Source: Mobula birostris (lineage: Eukaryota). From it: DNA of 64,000 nucleotides. The DNA lies in the NCBI RefSeq assembly GCF_030028105.1, contig NC_092377.1, forward strand, positions 4,655,079-4,719,078, written 5' to 3'. Shown here piece by piece: positions 1-12,745 of the stretch. Each line of letters opens with the position of its first letter. Position 1 is the stretch's first letter. The position numbers were made by a program, and so were the translations under genes. Under the pieces are notes generated by a model. The model did not search any database and had not been told where the DNA came from. It was given only the letters and a program-made list of their open reading frames with translations.

Positions 1-992
1 ATTGTGGCTAGTGGTGTCCCACAGGGATCTGTTCTGGACCCCTACTTTTCATGATTTTTATTAACGACCTGGATGTGGGGGTAGAAGGGTGGGTTGGCTA
101 GTTTGCAGACGACACAAAGGTTGGTGGTGCTGTAGTTAGTGTAGAGGATTGTCAAAGATTGCAGAGAGACATTGATAGGATGCAGAAGTGGGCTGAGAAG
201 TGGCAGATGGAGTTCAACCCGGAGAAGTGTGAGGTGGTACACTTTGGAAGGACAAACTCCAAGGCAGAGTACAAAGTAAATGGCAGGATACTTAGTAGTG
301 TGGAGGAGCAGAGGTATCTCGAGGTACATGTCCACAGATCCCTGAAAGTTGCCTCACAGGCGGATAGGGTAGTTAAGAAAGCTTATGGGGTGTTAGCTTT
401 CATAAATCGAGGGATAGAGTTTAAGAGTCGCAATGTAATGATGCAGCTCTATAAAATTCTGGATCGGCCACACTTGGAGTACTGTGTCCAGTTCTGGTCG
501 CCTCACTATAGGAAGGATGTGGAAGCATTGGAAAGGGTACAGAGGAGATTTACCAGAATGCTGCCTGGTTTAGAGAGTATGTATTAGGATCAGAGATTAA
601 GGGAGCTAGGGCTTTACTCTTTGGGGAGAAGAAGGATGAGAGGAGACATGATAGAGGCATACAAGATATTAAGAGGAATAGATAGAGTGGAGAGCCAGCG
701 CCTCTTCCCCAGGGCACCACTGCTCAATACAAGAGGACATGGCCTTAAGGTAAGGGGTGGGAAGTTCAAGGGGGGATATTAGAGGAAGGTTATTTACTCA
801 GCGAGTGGTTGGTGCGTGGAATGCACTGCCTGAGTCAGTGGTGGAGGCAGATACACTAGTGAAGTTTAAGAGACTACTAGACAGGTATATGGAGGAATTT
901 AAGTTGTGGGCTTATATGGGAGGCAGGGTTTGAGGGTCAGCACAACATTGTGGGCCAAAGGGCCTGTTCTGTGCTGTACTATTCTATGTTCT
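1..992 (+). mobile_element. CR1-clade LINE, 3' part (RT C-terminus, 3' UTR and tail), degraded
   Basis: Begins in the SGVPQGSVLGPLLF...KFADDTK RT motifs; ORF 159-587 has PHLEYCVQFWSPHY; ends in gtgctgtactattctatgttctatg. Very similar to 9783-12745 and 38038-42074. Confidence 0.92.
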
Positions 993-3057
993 ATGAGATT
1001 AGGCCAATCAATGTAGTGTCATTGGCAAATTTAATTAGAAGATTAGAGCTGTGCATGGCGACACAGTCATGGGTATACAGGGAGTAAAGGACGGGACTTA
1101 GTACACAGCCCTGAGGGGCTTCTGTGTTGAGAATCAGAGGGGTGGTGGTGGAGCTCACTCTATCACCTACCCGTGATCTGCCATGAAGTCCAGGATCCAG
1201 TTGCACAAGGCAGGGTCAAGTCCGAGGTTTCTGAGCTTCTTGTCGAGCCTGGATGGAACTATGGTGTTAAATGCTGAAATGTAGTCCAAGAAATGCATCC
1301 TCACATAAGCATCCTTCTTCTCCAGATGTGTAAGGACGGTATGTAGAGCAGCGGCTGTTGTGTCATCTGTCGATCAGTTGTATCGGCAGGTGAACTGTAG
1401 GGGTCCAGTTTGGGTGGTAGCAAGCTGCAGATGTAATCCTTGACCAGCCTCTCAAAGCATTTGCTTATTATTGAGGTGAGTGCGACAGGACATTAGTCAC
1501 TCAGGCATGTTACCTTGGTCTTTTTTGATGCAGGGACAATGGTGGATAATTTGAAGCAGGAGGGCACTCTACACTGAGAGAGGGAGGGATTAAAAACGTC
1601 TGTAAGCACACCTGCCAGTTGTGCCGCACACATCCTGAGTACTCGCCCTGGGATGCCGACCGGTCGGTCCTGTAGCCTTGTGACTGTCCACTCGTTGGAA
1701 AAGTCTGCGTACCTCAGCCTCAGAGGTGACCAGGTTGCAGGTTGTAGCAGTGGCTTTCCTCGGAGACTCAGAGTTACCAACATCGAACCGAGCGTGAAAG
1801 TGACTGAGCTCACCTGGGAGAGAGGCCGCGATGTTGGTGGCACCACAACGTTTGGTTTTGAAGTCTGCGGAGGTATGCAACTCTCGCCACAAATCATGTG
1901 TGCTATTCCTTGTGAATCTCGATTCAATCTTGTCCCTGTATTGTTGTTTCACAGCCTTGATAGCTTTGTGCAGATCGTAGCTGCTTTTCTTGAGCTCTAG
2001 TTGATATCCAGCAATGTAATCTCCATGTCGAGTGGTAAGTGCTGCTCACACGGAATTATTGATCCATAGTTTCTGGTTTGGGAAGATCCTGACCGACTTC
2101 TGGTGGACAACATCATCAATGTCCTTCCAGTTGTAACACCTGACTCCATTCGTGAACTCGGAGACATCCTCATCATGAAAGACATTCCAATTGATGTCAT
2201 CGAAGCAGTCCTGCAGCATGGAGGCCAACTGGTCGGACCAACAGTGGACAGTTTTAACGATGGTCGCTTCTTGTTTCCGCTTCTGCCTGTACGTTGGCAA
2301 AAGCAGGATCGAAGAGTGATCTGATTTTCCAAAAGCTGGGCAAAGGAGAGTCTTGTAAGCATTGCGGAAGGGAGTGTAGCAGTGGTCAAGTGTCTTATCT
2401 CCACTAGTGCTCACCTGGATGTGCCGACAAAACTTCGGAGAGACTTTTGTTAGTGACACTCGACTAAAGTCACCCACCGGTGATGATGAAGGCAGCCTCT
2501 GGGTGTGCAGTCTTTAGCGTGTTGTTGGTCTCGTACAGTTCCTTGGGAGCTGAGTCAGTATTAGCCTGCAGCGGAATGTACACCGCTGTGATGATAACAG
2601 CCATGAACTCCCCAGGCAGCCAGTAGGGTCAGTAGCAACACCAGGTATTCCAGGTCTGGGGAACAAAATGATTTGAGGGCATGCACATTCTGGGGTTCGT
2701 ACCAAGCATTGTTGGCCATGAAGCACACCCCTCCTCCTTTACTCTTCCCAGAGAGGTTTTTCAACCTGTCCACCCAGAACAGGAAGAACCCAGAGGGCTC
2801 GATAGCATGGTCTGGTATCTCCTCCATCAGCCAGGTCTCCATGAAACACAAAACATTACATTCCTTTGTTTCCCACTGACAGGAGATTCTGGCTCTCAGT
2901 TCACTCAGCTTGTTGTCCAGGGACTGAACATTAGCCAGGAGGAGGCTAAGGAGCAGCAGCCAATTAGCAGGCCATCTCAGCCTCACCAGGACGCCGACCC
3001 TTCTCCCTCACCTCCAGCACTTCTTCCAAGGTAGTGGCGGTCTAAGAGACGAGTCTC
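993..3057 (-). mobile_element. Rex1/Babar-like LINE, endonuclease to mid-RT, frameshifted
   Basis: Minus ORFs give LLLANVQSLDNKLSELRARI...CFMETWL (APE endonuclease), QDCFDDINW, FPNQKLW and [18 protein letters not shown]...KFANDTT. It stops at the CR1 tail at about 992. Confidence 0.8.
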
Positions 3058-3823
3058 TTATGGATTGCGAAAGCAGGGGTCCCATTGTAGGAAAGGTGGC
3101 ACATAGTGGGTAAATGCCATTTTTCCAATGTTCAGAAGGGTCAGCCTATCGATCCTGATGTGACTATCAGCTACTATAGTTCGGAAAATGCCATCCCTTG
3201 CAACAATCACTCCCAGAAACTGATAGCCATTTCCATTTGTTAACTTGTACTTCATCTGCTCTCTTCATTATATCCATTGTTCCCCTCACCTGGCCAGTAG
3301 TATGCAGCTAAGGCATTGGTTATACCTTGGAACCATTCCAGTTCCACTACGTTGAAGAGTATTGGCCGTAGCGACATACACCCACCTGCATTTGCAGGAA
3401 TCCCCGTACATACTCTGTAACTTGATATATTGGTCCCAGAAGCATACTCATAAGCTAAGTCTGAACATTTATTAGAAGTGCAGGCAAATCTGGACACTAA
3501 AGTAATGAGGCAATTAAGTCCATATATCGTTAGCCACTTCACTTTTCTTTTTTTCTGTTTTCCATCTTTTCCAGTACACTATCGGACTCTGGAAGAGAGG
3601 GATAATACAGCTTTCACTTGGTTCCATGCACCCAGTCGGCATTGCCTTGTACCTTGACCCTCGTACAGCTGGTTAGCAGCTCTTGAAAGGGCCCCCACCA
3701 CGTAGGAGAGTGACTTAATATGTATATAATCACCTGGTTTAAATTGATGTGTATTTTCTTCCCCAGGTTTGGGTCAGGCCTCAGTCACGTTTCCTTAATT
3801 CATTCTATTAGCTTCACCTAGAG
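3058..3823 (-). mobile_element. Class I (gamma/epsilon-like) endogenous retrovirus remnant: integrase C-terminus and env 5' end
   Basis: Reverse strand reads HQFKPGDYIHIK and, after a frameshift, WWGPFQELLTSCTRVKVQGNADWVHGT (GPY/F module). Then follows a hydrophobic signal-like start KWLTIYGLNCLITLVS and LAYEYASGTNISSYRVCTGIP, a decayed A-x-x-x-N-x-S-x-CWVC-x-x-x-P SU motif. Confidence 0.75.
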
Positions 3824-4021
3824 CAGCCTTTCTCAACAGTTTTTGCCCTGGAAGAGCCCTTGAAATTATTTTCAGGTCCCTCAGCAAAAATCATTATATC
3901 TACAGCTCTCAATGATCAGTAAGTTGTAGATATAATCATCAAAAAATAATTATCAATGCTCTTTTGAGTAGGGGATGAATTTTTAGCCAACCTTTCTTGA
4001 AAAAAGCAACAGCTAGTTAAA

Positions 4022-4546
4022 GCAACACACATCAAAGTTGCTGGTGAACGCAGCAGGCCAGGCAGCATCTCTAGGAAGAGGTACAGTCGACGTTTCAGGC
4101 CGAGACCCTTCGTCAGGACTAACTGAAGGAAGAGTGAGTAAGGGCTTTGAAAGTTGGAGGGGGAGGGGGAGGGGGAGATCCAAAATGATAGGAGAAGACA
4201 GGAGGGGGAGGGATAGAGCCAAGAGCTGGACAGGTGATAGGCAAAAGGGATACAAGAGGATCATGGGACAGGAGGTCCGGGAAGAAAGACAAGGTGGGGG
4301 GGGGGGAACCCAGAGGATGGGCAAGGGGTATATTCAGAGGGACAGAGGGAGAAAAAGGAGAGTGAGAGAAAGAATGAGTGCATAAAAACAAGTAACAGAT
4401 GGGGTACGAGGGGGAGGTGGGGCATTAGCGGAAGTTAGAGAAGTCGATATTCACACCATCAGGTTGGAGGCTACCCAGACGGAATATAAGGTGTTGTTCC
4501 TCCAACCTGAGCGTGGCTTCATCTTTACAGTAGAGGAGGCCATGGG
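4022..4546 (-). mobile_element. Penelope-like element, 3' terminal fragment nested in the hAT
   Basis: 12-bp TSD cagctagttaaa (4010-4021 / 4547-4558). Minus strand has the GIY-YIG end (FRLGSLQPDG.NIDFSNF) and the terminal pLTR sequence also seen at 13016, 31756 and 50404. Confidence 0.85.
4085..4120 (-). ncRNA. Minimal type I hammerhead ribozyme motif in the Penelope pLTR
   Basis: Reverse complement: agtc CTGACGA agggtctcggcct GAAAC GTC gact, i.e. stem I agtc/gact, CUGANGA core, stem II, GAAA and a GUC triplet. Confidence 0.65.
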
Positions 4547-5894
4547 CAGCTAGTTAAACTTAGCTTACCTTTCTTAAAATTAAACTTCCTTTCATAAATT
4601 TTAAAAACTCATAAAGCAGACAATAATTTTCTGTTAATAACTGGTTGTAATGTAAATAAAGGTTGTAAATTGATTTTAATGCTGTTTACAACATGAAAAT
4701 TTATTGACAATGTTGAATCGTAAAGTTACTGAAGACCGTAAGCCAAAGTAGCCCAGTTCCTCCAAGACAGACCTTTTTATCCAGGTATGAAGGCAAAACA
4801 TTAAAAATATCTAGGCCTTTGCTTAATTCGGGAAGCTCTTTACAACAGAAAAAGTTTTGTTGAATTTAACCATCATTTACAAATCTTACAAATGCTACAA
4901 CATGACTTTTTAACTGGTGAAATCTGCTGACTCATCAACCTGGATAGAGAAGCTGTTGTTTTTCAGTTAGTCACACAGAACCTCTTCAGCATCATGTGGC
5001 ATATCAACAATATATCGACTTATCATACTCTTTGAGAGTGAAACCTTTTCAATTTCCTGTATTGCATGTTATCTGCGCATTTTACTCACTATAATTTTAC
5101 GTGCTGGCATTATTAGGTTCTCACCAACTGTGTGACATTTCCTCTTCTGGGTAATAAGTTCTAGTACTAAACAAATTGCTTCATGAACCTTTCTACTGAC
5201 TGACTATACTTCACAACCAAAAGCTTTACTCTGTTTGCTCTGAGATTCCAATGACCACTTAAAATAATCAGGACTTTTACGTGCCACACGGCTGTGATTT
5301 GCAGTTGACTGTCTTTTCATTTTTGCTGGAGCCATCGCTGCATCCGTGAATTGTTTGCCACGGACTCGGATTGTCGGAGTAGGACAACTCGGATCACCAG
5401 CCCGTGTAAAACTCATTGATAAGTAGCTTTCTTTGTAAAGATGGACTCTTTTTGTTCCATTGTTGCAATTGTGCAGCGAAGTGTCTCAGAAGATTGCACC
5501 ATCAGACACGTCTGTAAAACACAGGGGTTAATAAAATAAAAAAAAGAATGGCATAATAAAACACTCCATTAAAAATTACGAGAACTTCACGATGCACTCA
5601 CTTCTAACCTACGCAATCCACCTTCTGCAACATTTACAACAACAGCAAAGCAGCAGGCCTACTGCTGAACCTCAGTGCGTAAGATTTCCGATAGAGTGAA
5701 CATTACCCTCCAATTTTCTCCTGCACCTGCAGAGTTTGCTCACTCCCATAACTCAGTCAGTGGCGCGTAAGGGAAGTTGGGGGAGGTAATTCTGGAGCGA
5801 GAGGCTGACTTCACAGCCCAAGTTGGGTGAAACCATTCAATGCACAGAAAATGCACTTCATGCTCATCAACCTGCTGTCCTTTCCTCCGTACAC

Positions 5895-6510
5895 TACGGC
5901 GCTCACTGCCAGCCTACCGTCCCCACCTCCATGCAATATAGCGTTCACCAATTATCAGCCTACCATCTTCCCCTCTGTGTAATACAGCTCTCATCAATGA
6001 TCAGAATACCGTTCACCCTTTGTGCAGTACAGCAGTCACCAATTATCAGAATACTGTCCCCCCTCCATGTAATACATCACTCACCAATTATCAGCCTACC
6101 ATCTTCCCCTCCGTGTAATACATCACTCACCAATTATCAGCCTACCATCTTCCCCTCTGTGTAATACAGCACTCACCAATTATCAGCCTACCATCTTCCC
6201 CTCTGTGTAATACAGCACTCACCAATTATCAGCCTACCATCTTCCCCTCTGTGTAATACAGCACTCACCAATTATCAGAATACCGTCCTCCCTCCGTGCA
6301 ATACAGCGTTCTCCAATTATCAGCTTACCATCCCCACCTCCGTGTAATACAGCACTCATCAATGATCAGAATACCCTGCCCCCTTTGTGCAATACAGTGC
6401 TTATCAATTATCAGCCTACCGTCCTCCCATCCGGGCAATACAGCATTCTCCAATTATCAGCCTACTATCCTCCACTCCGGGCAACACAGCACTCACCAAT
6501 TATCAATGCC
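5895..6510. repeat. 46-bp minisatellite, about 13 copies, inside the hAT element
   Basis: Unit tacagcactcaccaattatcagcctaccatcttcccctctgtgtaa; central copies (about 6070-6275) are near-identical and the outer ones diverge. Copy number estimated by eye. Confidence 0.9.
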
Positions 6511-6732
6511 TCCCCTATCTCGCGTCAAAAATGGAAAGTGGATTCAAGCAAATAAACACAGTCCTATTGGGCTGAGAGGCCTCTAGCGAGATTGCTAATG
6601 GGGCTCTTCGGTCACTGCCCACCACTGCAAGGTCTAGCAACGTGCGTCACTCAAAGCTCAAAGTTTTAAAATCTCTTGTAGAACCCTGAGTGACCTCTTG
6701 TGGAATCCTGGTTGAGAAATCCTGACCTGGAG

Positions 6733-7195
6733 ATTTTACTATTTCGAGGGTTTTCTTATCAGTCCATTTCAGCACTGTTTGGGCACTTGTCAAAGACGGT
6801 TTGAACCCAAGGGCATAGGAGTTCCCATCAATATTTCAAAGGAGGTCAATCTGGCAGTCCTGTTAACATAATTTCTCAAGGTGCAGTGAACAGAGCAATC
6901 AGCAATGCCTCAGGTCAGTTCAGTCCTGTCTCTTGGCCAGAGTGTCTTGCAGTTCTCCATTCATTCTTTCTACTATTCCTGATGATTGTGTCACTCCCAG
7001 GGCTTACCCCAATGCCTCAGGTCAGATCATTTCCCGGTAGTGGCTCCTCGGTCACTATTAAATTTACTAGGAATCCCAAATTGGGGAATGATCTCCTTCA
7101 TCAGTAATTTAATTACTGTCCTAGTGTCATCTTTTCATATGGGAAAGGCCTCTATCCATTTAGAAAGCATGTCCAATATTACTAACAGATAACAG
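6733..7195 (-). mobile_element. Endogenous retrovirus integrase core, continuous with 3058-3823 across the hAT insertion
   Basis: Reverse strand reads YLLVILDMLSKWIEAFPI*KDDTRTVIKLLMKEIIPQFGIPSKFNSDRG and later QSSGIVERMNGELQDTLAK (DDE catalytic region), with stops and deletions. Confidence 0.85.
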
Positions 7196-8735
7196 GTTCT
7201 CCGGGCCTGTGCAAGCGAGCTAGCTGGAGTGTTTGCTGACATCTTCAACTGCTCCTTGCTTCAGTCTAAGATCCCCTCGTGTTTTAAGAAGGCAACGATA
7301 ATCCCAGTGTCGAATAAGAGCAAGGTGGCATGCCTGAATGACTATTGACCTGTGGCTCTGACATCAATTGCTATGAAGTGCTTCGAGAGATTGGTTATGG
7401 CACACATCAACCACAGCCTACCGGTCAACCTCGATGCTTTGCAATTCACTTACCGGAGCAACAGGTCAACAGCAGATGCCATCTCTCTGGCCCTACATTC
7501 CTCCTTAGAACATCTGGAGAATAAAGATGCAGACGTAAGGCTCCTTTTCATTGACTACAGCTCTGCCTTTAATACCATCATTCCAAATAAACTGATTCCT
7601 AAGCTCTGGAACCTGCGCCTTAGCACTCAGATCTGCAGCTGGATCTTCAATTTCCTCATAGACGGGACCCAGGCTGTAAAAATAGGGGACAAGCTCTCCA
7701 CTACAATCACTGTGAGCAACGGTGCCCCACAAGGCTGTGTACTCAGCCCCCTGCTGTACTCACTGTACACCCATGATTGTGTAGCCAAGTTTCCATCAAA
7801 CTCAATATATAAGTTTGCTGATGACACAACAATTGTAGGCCGTATCTCGGGTAATGATGAGTTTGAGTACAGAGAGGAAATTAAGAACCTGGTGGCATGG
7901 TGCGAAGACAATATCCTATCCTTCAACGTCGGCAAGACGAGGGAATTGGTTGTTGACTTCAGAAGGAGTAGTGGACCGCACGACCCAATTTACATCGGTG
8001 GTGCGCAAGTGGGTCAAAAGCTTTATGTTCCTTGGGGTCAATATCACAAATGGCCTGACTTGGTCCAACCAAGCAGAGTTCACTGCCAAGAAGGCCCACC
8101 AGCAACTTTACTTCCTGAGAAAACTAAAGAAATTTGGCCTATCCCCTAAAACCCACACTAATTTTTATAGGTGCACCGTAGAAAGCATTCTTCTAGGGTG
8201 CATCACAACCTGGTATGGAAGTTGTCCTGTCCAAGACCGAAAGAAGCTGCAGAAGATCATGAACATGGCGCAGAACATCACACAAACCAATCTTCCTCTG
8301 TGGACTCACTTTACACCGCACGCTGTCGGAGCAGTGCTGCCAGGATAATCAAGGACACGACGCACCCAACCAACACACTTTTTGTCCCTCTTCCCTCCGG
8401 GAGAAGGTTCAGGAGCTTGAAGACTCGTATGGCCAGATTTGGGAACAGATTCTTTCCAACTGTGATAAGACTGCTGAACGGATCCTGATCCGGATCTGGG
8501 CCGTACCCTCCAAATATCCGGACCTGCCTCTCGGTTTTTTTGCACTACCTTACTTCCCATTTTTCTATTTTCCATTTATAATTTAAATTTTTAATATTTA
8601 CTAATTTTTACTATTTTTTTTATTTTTAAAATTTAGTATTTGTAATCCAGGGAGTGTGAAGCACAGAATCAAATATCGTTGTGATGATTGTACATTCTAG
8701 TACCAATTGTTTGGCGACAATAAAGTGTAAAGTAT
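7196..8735 (+). mobile_element. Rex1/Babar-like LINE, 5'-truncated (RT and 3' UTR)
   Basis: ORFs 7352-8149, 7854-8348 and 8171-8488: [59 protein letters not shown]; ends near aataaagtgtaaagt. Confidence 0.85.
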
Positions 8736-8759
8736 GCAGTCCAATTCCAATGTCAATAC

Positions 8760-9775
8760 ATTAATTTTTTGAAGTTCCAATAAGTCAAAGTCTGTCATTC
8801 TGTCATTCAGAACGAAAAATTGAACAAGTTGTCTTTAGATGTGAAGCATTCATGGTGTCACATAATTTTCCAAGAGCATCTTCACTCGCTATATTTTCAA
8901 CACTTAGAGCAGCAGTGTGAACTTTTGATAGTTCGTGATCAACAATTTTTTTTTTCTGAGAGACTTCAAGCGTGTAGTTCAATCAGCTCCATAACAGGAT
9001 ACTTGGTACATCTGCCATTCAGTTGACAGCCTGAGACCCTTAAAACTGAAAAGTGTCAGATTGCTTTGGTTTGCAGTTGCACGTACTTTACACCCAAGTT
9101 TGGAGTACTTGGAGTACTGTGTCTAGTTCTGGTTGCCTCACTATAGGAAGGATGTGGAAGCATTGGAAAAGGTACAGAGGAGATTTACCAGGATGCTGCC
9201 TGGTTTAGAGAGTATGGATTATGAGTAGAGATTAAGGGAGCTAGGGCTTTACTCTTTGGAGAGAAGGAGGATGAGAGGAGACATAATAGAGGTATACAAG
9301 TTTTTAAGAGGAATAGATAGAGTGGATAGCCAGCACCTCTTCCCCAGGGCACCACTGCTCAATACAAGAGGACATGGCTTTAAGGTATGTGGTGGGAAGT
9401 TCAAGGGGGATATTAGAGGAAGGTTTTTTACTCAGAGAGTGGTTGGTGCGTGGAATGCACTGCCTGACTCAGTGGTGGAGGCAGATACACTAGTGAAGTT
9501 TAAAAGATTACTAGACAGGTATATGGAGGAACTTAAGTTGGGGGTTATATGGGAGGCAGGGTTTAAGGGTTAGCACAACATAGTGGGCCAAAGGGCCTGT
9601 ACTGTGCTGTACTATTATATGTTCTATGTTCTATTATCATCCTTGAAGTCTAAACAGGGATAAGTTTCCTTCTTTTTCTTCCACATTTCTTCAGTCCAAA
9701 CATCTGAACAGGGATACAAGCCTGTCTTCGAAGGACCATTACTATCAGAACTGCATTTGGACCCAGTTAGAAAAT
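8760..9775 (-). mobile_element. hAT transposase N-terminal fragment (KIAA1586-like), split by the CR1 piece at 9101-9632
   Basis: Reverse strand reads DVWTEEMWKKKKETYPCLDFKD (about 9750-9637) and resumes after the CR1 as KLGCKV...LSTEW...SLRKKI.DHELSKVH...TTCSIFRS. Family assigned from recalled similarity, not from a search. Confidence 0.55.
9101..9632 (+). mobile_element. CR1 3' fragment
   Basis: LEYCV.FW...RRFTRMLPGL, ORF 9256-9573, tail tattatatgttctatgttctat. Confidence 0.9.
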
Positions 9776-9782
9776 TTGAACT

Positions 9783-12745
9783 AGAAGCAGTGAAAGAAGT
9801 CCATGGAGTAAAGCCAGATCTAACATATAGAGAGGCTTTGAGGAAAGAGAAGCTGAATAAACAGTGTAAAGACAGTAAGGTAGAAGGGCTGAAATGTGTG
9901 CACCTCAATGCAAGAAGCATCAGGAACAAAGGTGATGAACTGAGAGCTGGGATACTTACATGGAATTATGATGTGGTGGCCATTACAGAGACTTGGCTGG
10001 CACCAGGGCAGGAATGGATTCTCAATATTCCTAGATTTCAGTGCTTTAAAAGGGATAGAGAGGGTGGAAAAAGGGGAGGAGGGGTGGCATTACTGGTCAG
10101 GGATACTATTACAGCTACAGAAAGGGTGGGTAATGTAGCAGGATATTCTTTTGAGTCATTATGGGTGGAAGTCAGGAACAGGAAGAGAGCAGTTACTCTG
10201 TTGGGAGTATTCTAAAGGCCCCCTGGTAGCAGCAGAGATACAGAGGAGCAGATTGGGAGGCAGATTTTGGAAAGGTGCAAAAATAACAGGGTTGCTATCA
10301 TGGGTGACTTTAACTTCCCTAAAATTGATTGGCCCCTAATTAGTTCCAAGGGTTTAGATGGGGCAGAGTTTGTTAAGTGTGTCCAGGACGGATTCCTGTC
10401 ACAGTATGTGGACAGGCTGACCAGGAGGAATGCCATACTAGATCTAGTACTAGGTAATGAACCAGGTCAGGTCACAGATCTCTCAGTGGGTGAGCACCTG
10501 GGGGACAGTGACCACCGCTCCCTGGTCTTTAGCATTATCATGGAAAAGGATAGAATTGGAGAGGACAGGAACATTTTTAATTGGGGAAGGGCAAATTATG
10601 AGGCTATAAGGCTAGAACTTGCGGGTGTGAATTGGGATGATGTTTTTGCAGGGAAATGTACTATGGACATGTGGTCGATGTTTAGGGATCTCTTGCAGGA
10701 TGTTAGGGATAACTTTGTCCTGGTGAGGAAGATAAAGAATGGTAGGGTGAAGGGACCATGGGTGACAAGTGAGGTGGAAAATCTAGTCAGGAGGAAGAAG
10801 GCAGCATACATGAGGTTTAGGAAGCAAGGATTAGATGGGTCTATTGAGGAATATAGGGAAACAAGAAAGGAGTTTAAGAAGGGGCTGAGAAGAGCAAGAA
10901 GGGGGCATGAGAAGGCCTTGGCGAGTAGTGTAAAGGAAAACCCCAAGGCATTCTTCAATTATGTGAAGAAAAGAAGGATGACAGGAGTGAAGGTAGGACC
11001 GATTAGAGATAAAGGTGGGAAGATGTGCCTGGAGGCTGTGGAAGTGAGCGAGGTCCTCAATGAATACTTCTCTTTGGTATTCACCAATAAGAGGGAACTT
11101 GATGATGGTGAGGACAATATGAGTGAGGTTGATGTTCTGGAGCATGCTGATATTAAGGGAGAGGAGGTGTTGGAGTTGTTAAAATACATTAGGACAGATA
11201 ATTCCCCCGGGGCCTGATGGAATATTCCCCAGGCTGCTCCACGAGGCGAGGGAAGAGATTGCTAAGCCTCTGGCTAGGATCTTTATATCCTCATTGTCCC
11301 CGGGAATGGTACCGGAGGATTGGAGGGAGGCAAATGTTGTCCCCTTATTCAAGGAAGGTAGTAGGGATAGTCCGGGTAATTATACACCAGTGAGACTTAC
11401 GTCTGTGGTGGGAATGCTCTTGGAAAAGATTCTTAGAGATAGGATTTTGGGGCACTTAGAGAATCATGGTCTGATCAGGGACAGTCAACATTGGCTTTGT
11501 GAAGGGCAGATCGTGTCTAACAAGCCTGATAGAGTTCTTTGAGGAGGTGACCAGGCATATAGATGAGGGTAGTGCAGTGGATGTGATCTATATGGATTTT
11601 AGTAAGGCATTTGACAAGGTTCCGCACGGTAGGCTTATTCAGAAAGTCAGAAGGCATGTTATCCAGGGAACTTTGGCCAGGTGGATTCAGAATTGGCTTG
11701 CCTGCAGAAGGCAGAGGGTGGTGGTGGAGGGAGTACATTCAGATTGGAGGATTGTGACTAGTGGTGTCCCACAAGGATTTGTTCTGGGACCTCTACTTTT
11801 CATGATTTTTATTAACGACCTGGATATGGGGGTAGAAGGGTGGGTTGGCAAGTTTGCAGACGACACAAAGGTTGGTGGTGTTGTAGATAGTGTAGAGGAT
11901 TGTCAAAAATTGCAGAGAGACATTGATAGGATGCAGAAGTGGGCTGAGAAGTGGCAGATGGAGTTCAACCCGGAGAAGTGTGAGGTGGTACACTTTGGAA
12001 GGGCAAACTCCAAGGCAGAGTACAAAGTAAATGGCAGGATACTTGGTAGTGTGGAGGTGCAGAGGTATCTGGGGGTACATGCCCACAGATCCCTGAAAGT
12101 TGCTTCACAGGTGGATAGGGTAGTTAAGAAAGCTTATGGGGCATTAGCTTTCATAAGTTGAGGGATAGAGTTTAAGAGTTGCGATGTAATGATGCAGCTC
12201 TATAAAACTCTGGTTAGGCCACACTTGGAGTACTGTGTCCAGTTCTGGTAGCCTCACTATAGGAAGAATGTGGAAGCATTGGAAAGGATACAGAGGAGAT
12301 TTACCAGGATGCTGCCTGGTTTAGAGAGTATGCATTATGATCAGAGATTAAGGGAGCTAGGGCTTTACTCTTTGGAGAGAAGGAGGATGAGAGGAGACAT
12401 GATAGAGGTGTACAAGATAATAAGAGGAATAGATAGAGTGGATAGCCAGCGCCTCTTCCCCAGGGCACCACTGCTCAATACAAGAGGACATGGCTTTAAG
12501 GTAAGGGGTGGGAAGTTCAAGGGGGATACTAGAGGAAGGTTTTTTACTCAGAGAGTGGTTGGTGCGTGGAATGCACTGCCTGAGTCAGTGGTGGAGGCAG
12601 ATACACTAGTGAAGTTTAAGAGACTACTAGACAGGTATATGGAGGAATTTAAGGTGGGTGCTTATATGGGAGGCAGGGTTTGAGGGTCAGCACGACATTG
12701 TGGGCTGAAGGGCCTGTACTGTGCTGTACTATTCTATGTTCTATG
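9783..12745 (+). mobile_element. CR1 LINE, nearly complete ORF2 (APE endonuclease and RT) with stops and frameshifts
   Basis: LKCVHLNARSIRNK, YDVVAITETWL, MGDFNFP, SDH, YMDFSKAFDKVPH, SGVPQG, KFADDTK; tail ctattctatgttctatg. Confidence 0.95.

Larger units (their letters stand above)
3824..6724 (-). mobile_element. hAT (Charlie/Buster-type) DNA transposon with degraded transposase
   Basis: TIRs cagcctttctcaac (3824-3837) and gttgagaaatcctg (6711-6724) match at 12/14. 8-bp TSD acctagag (3816-3823) / acctggag (6725-6732). Minus strand about 4900-5416 reads QKRKCHTVGENLIMPA...FSIQVDESAD, with stops. Confidence 0.9.

Noticed and set aside
5895-6510. Regular repeat array resembling CRISPR
   Set aside because: Head-to-tail units with no unique spacers, no cas genes, and a eukaryotic transposon context.
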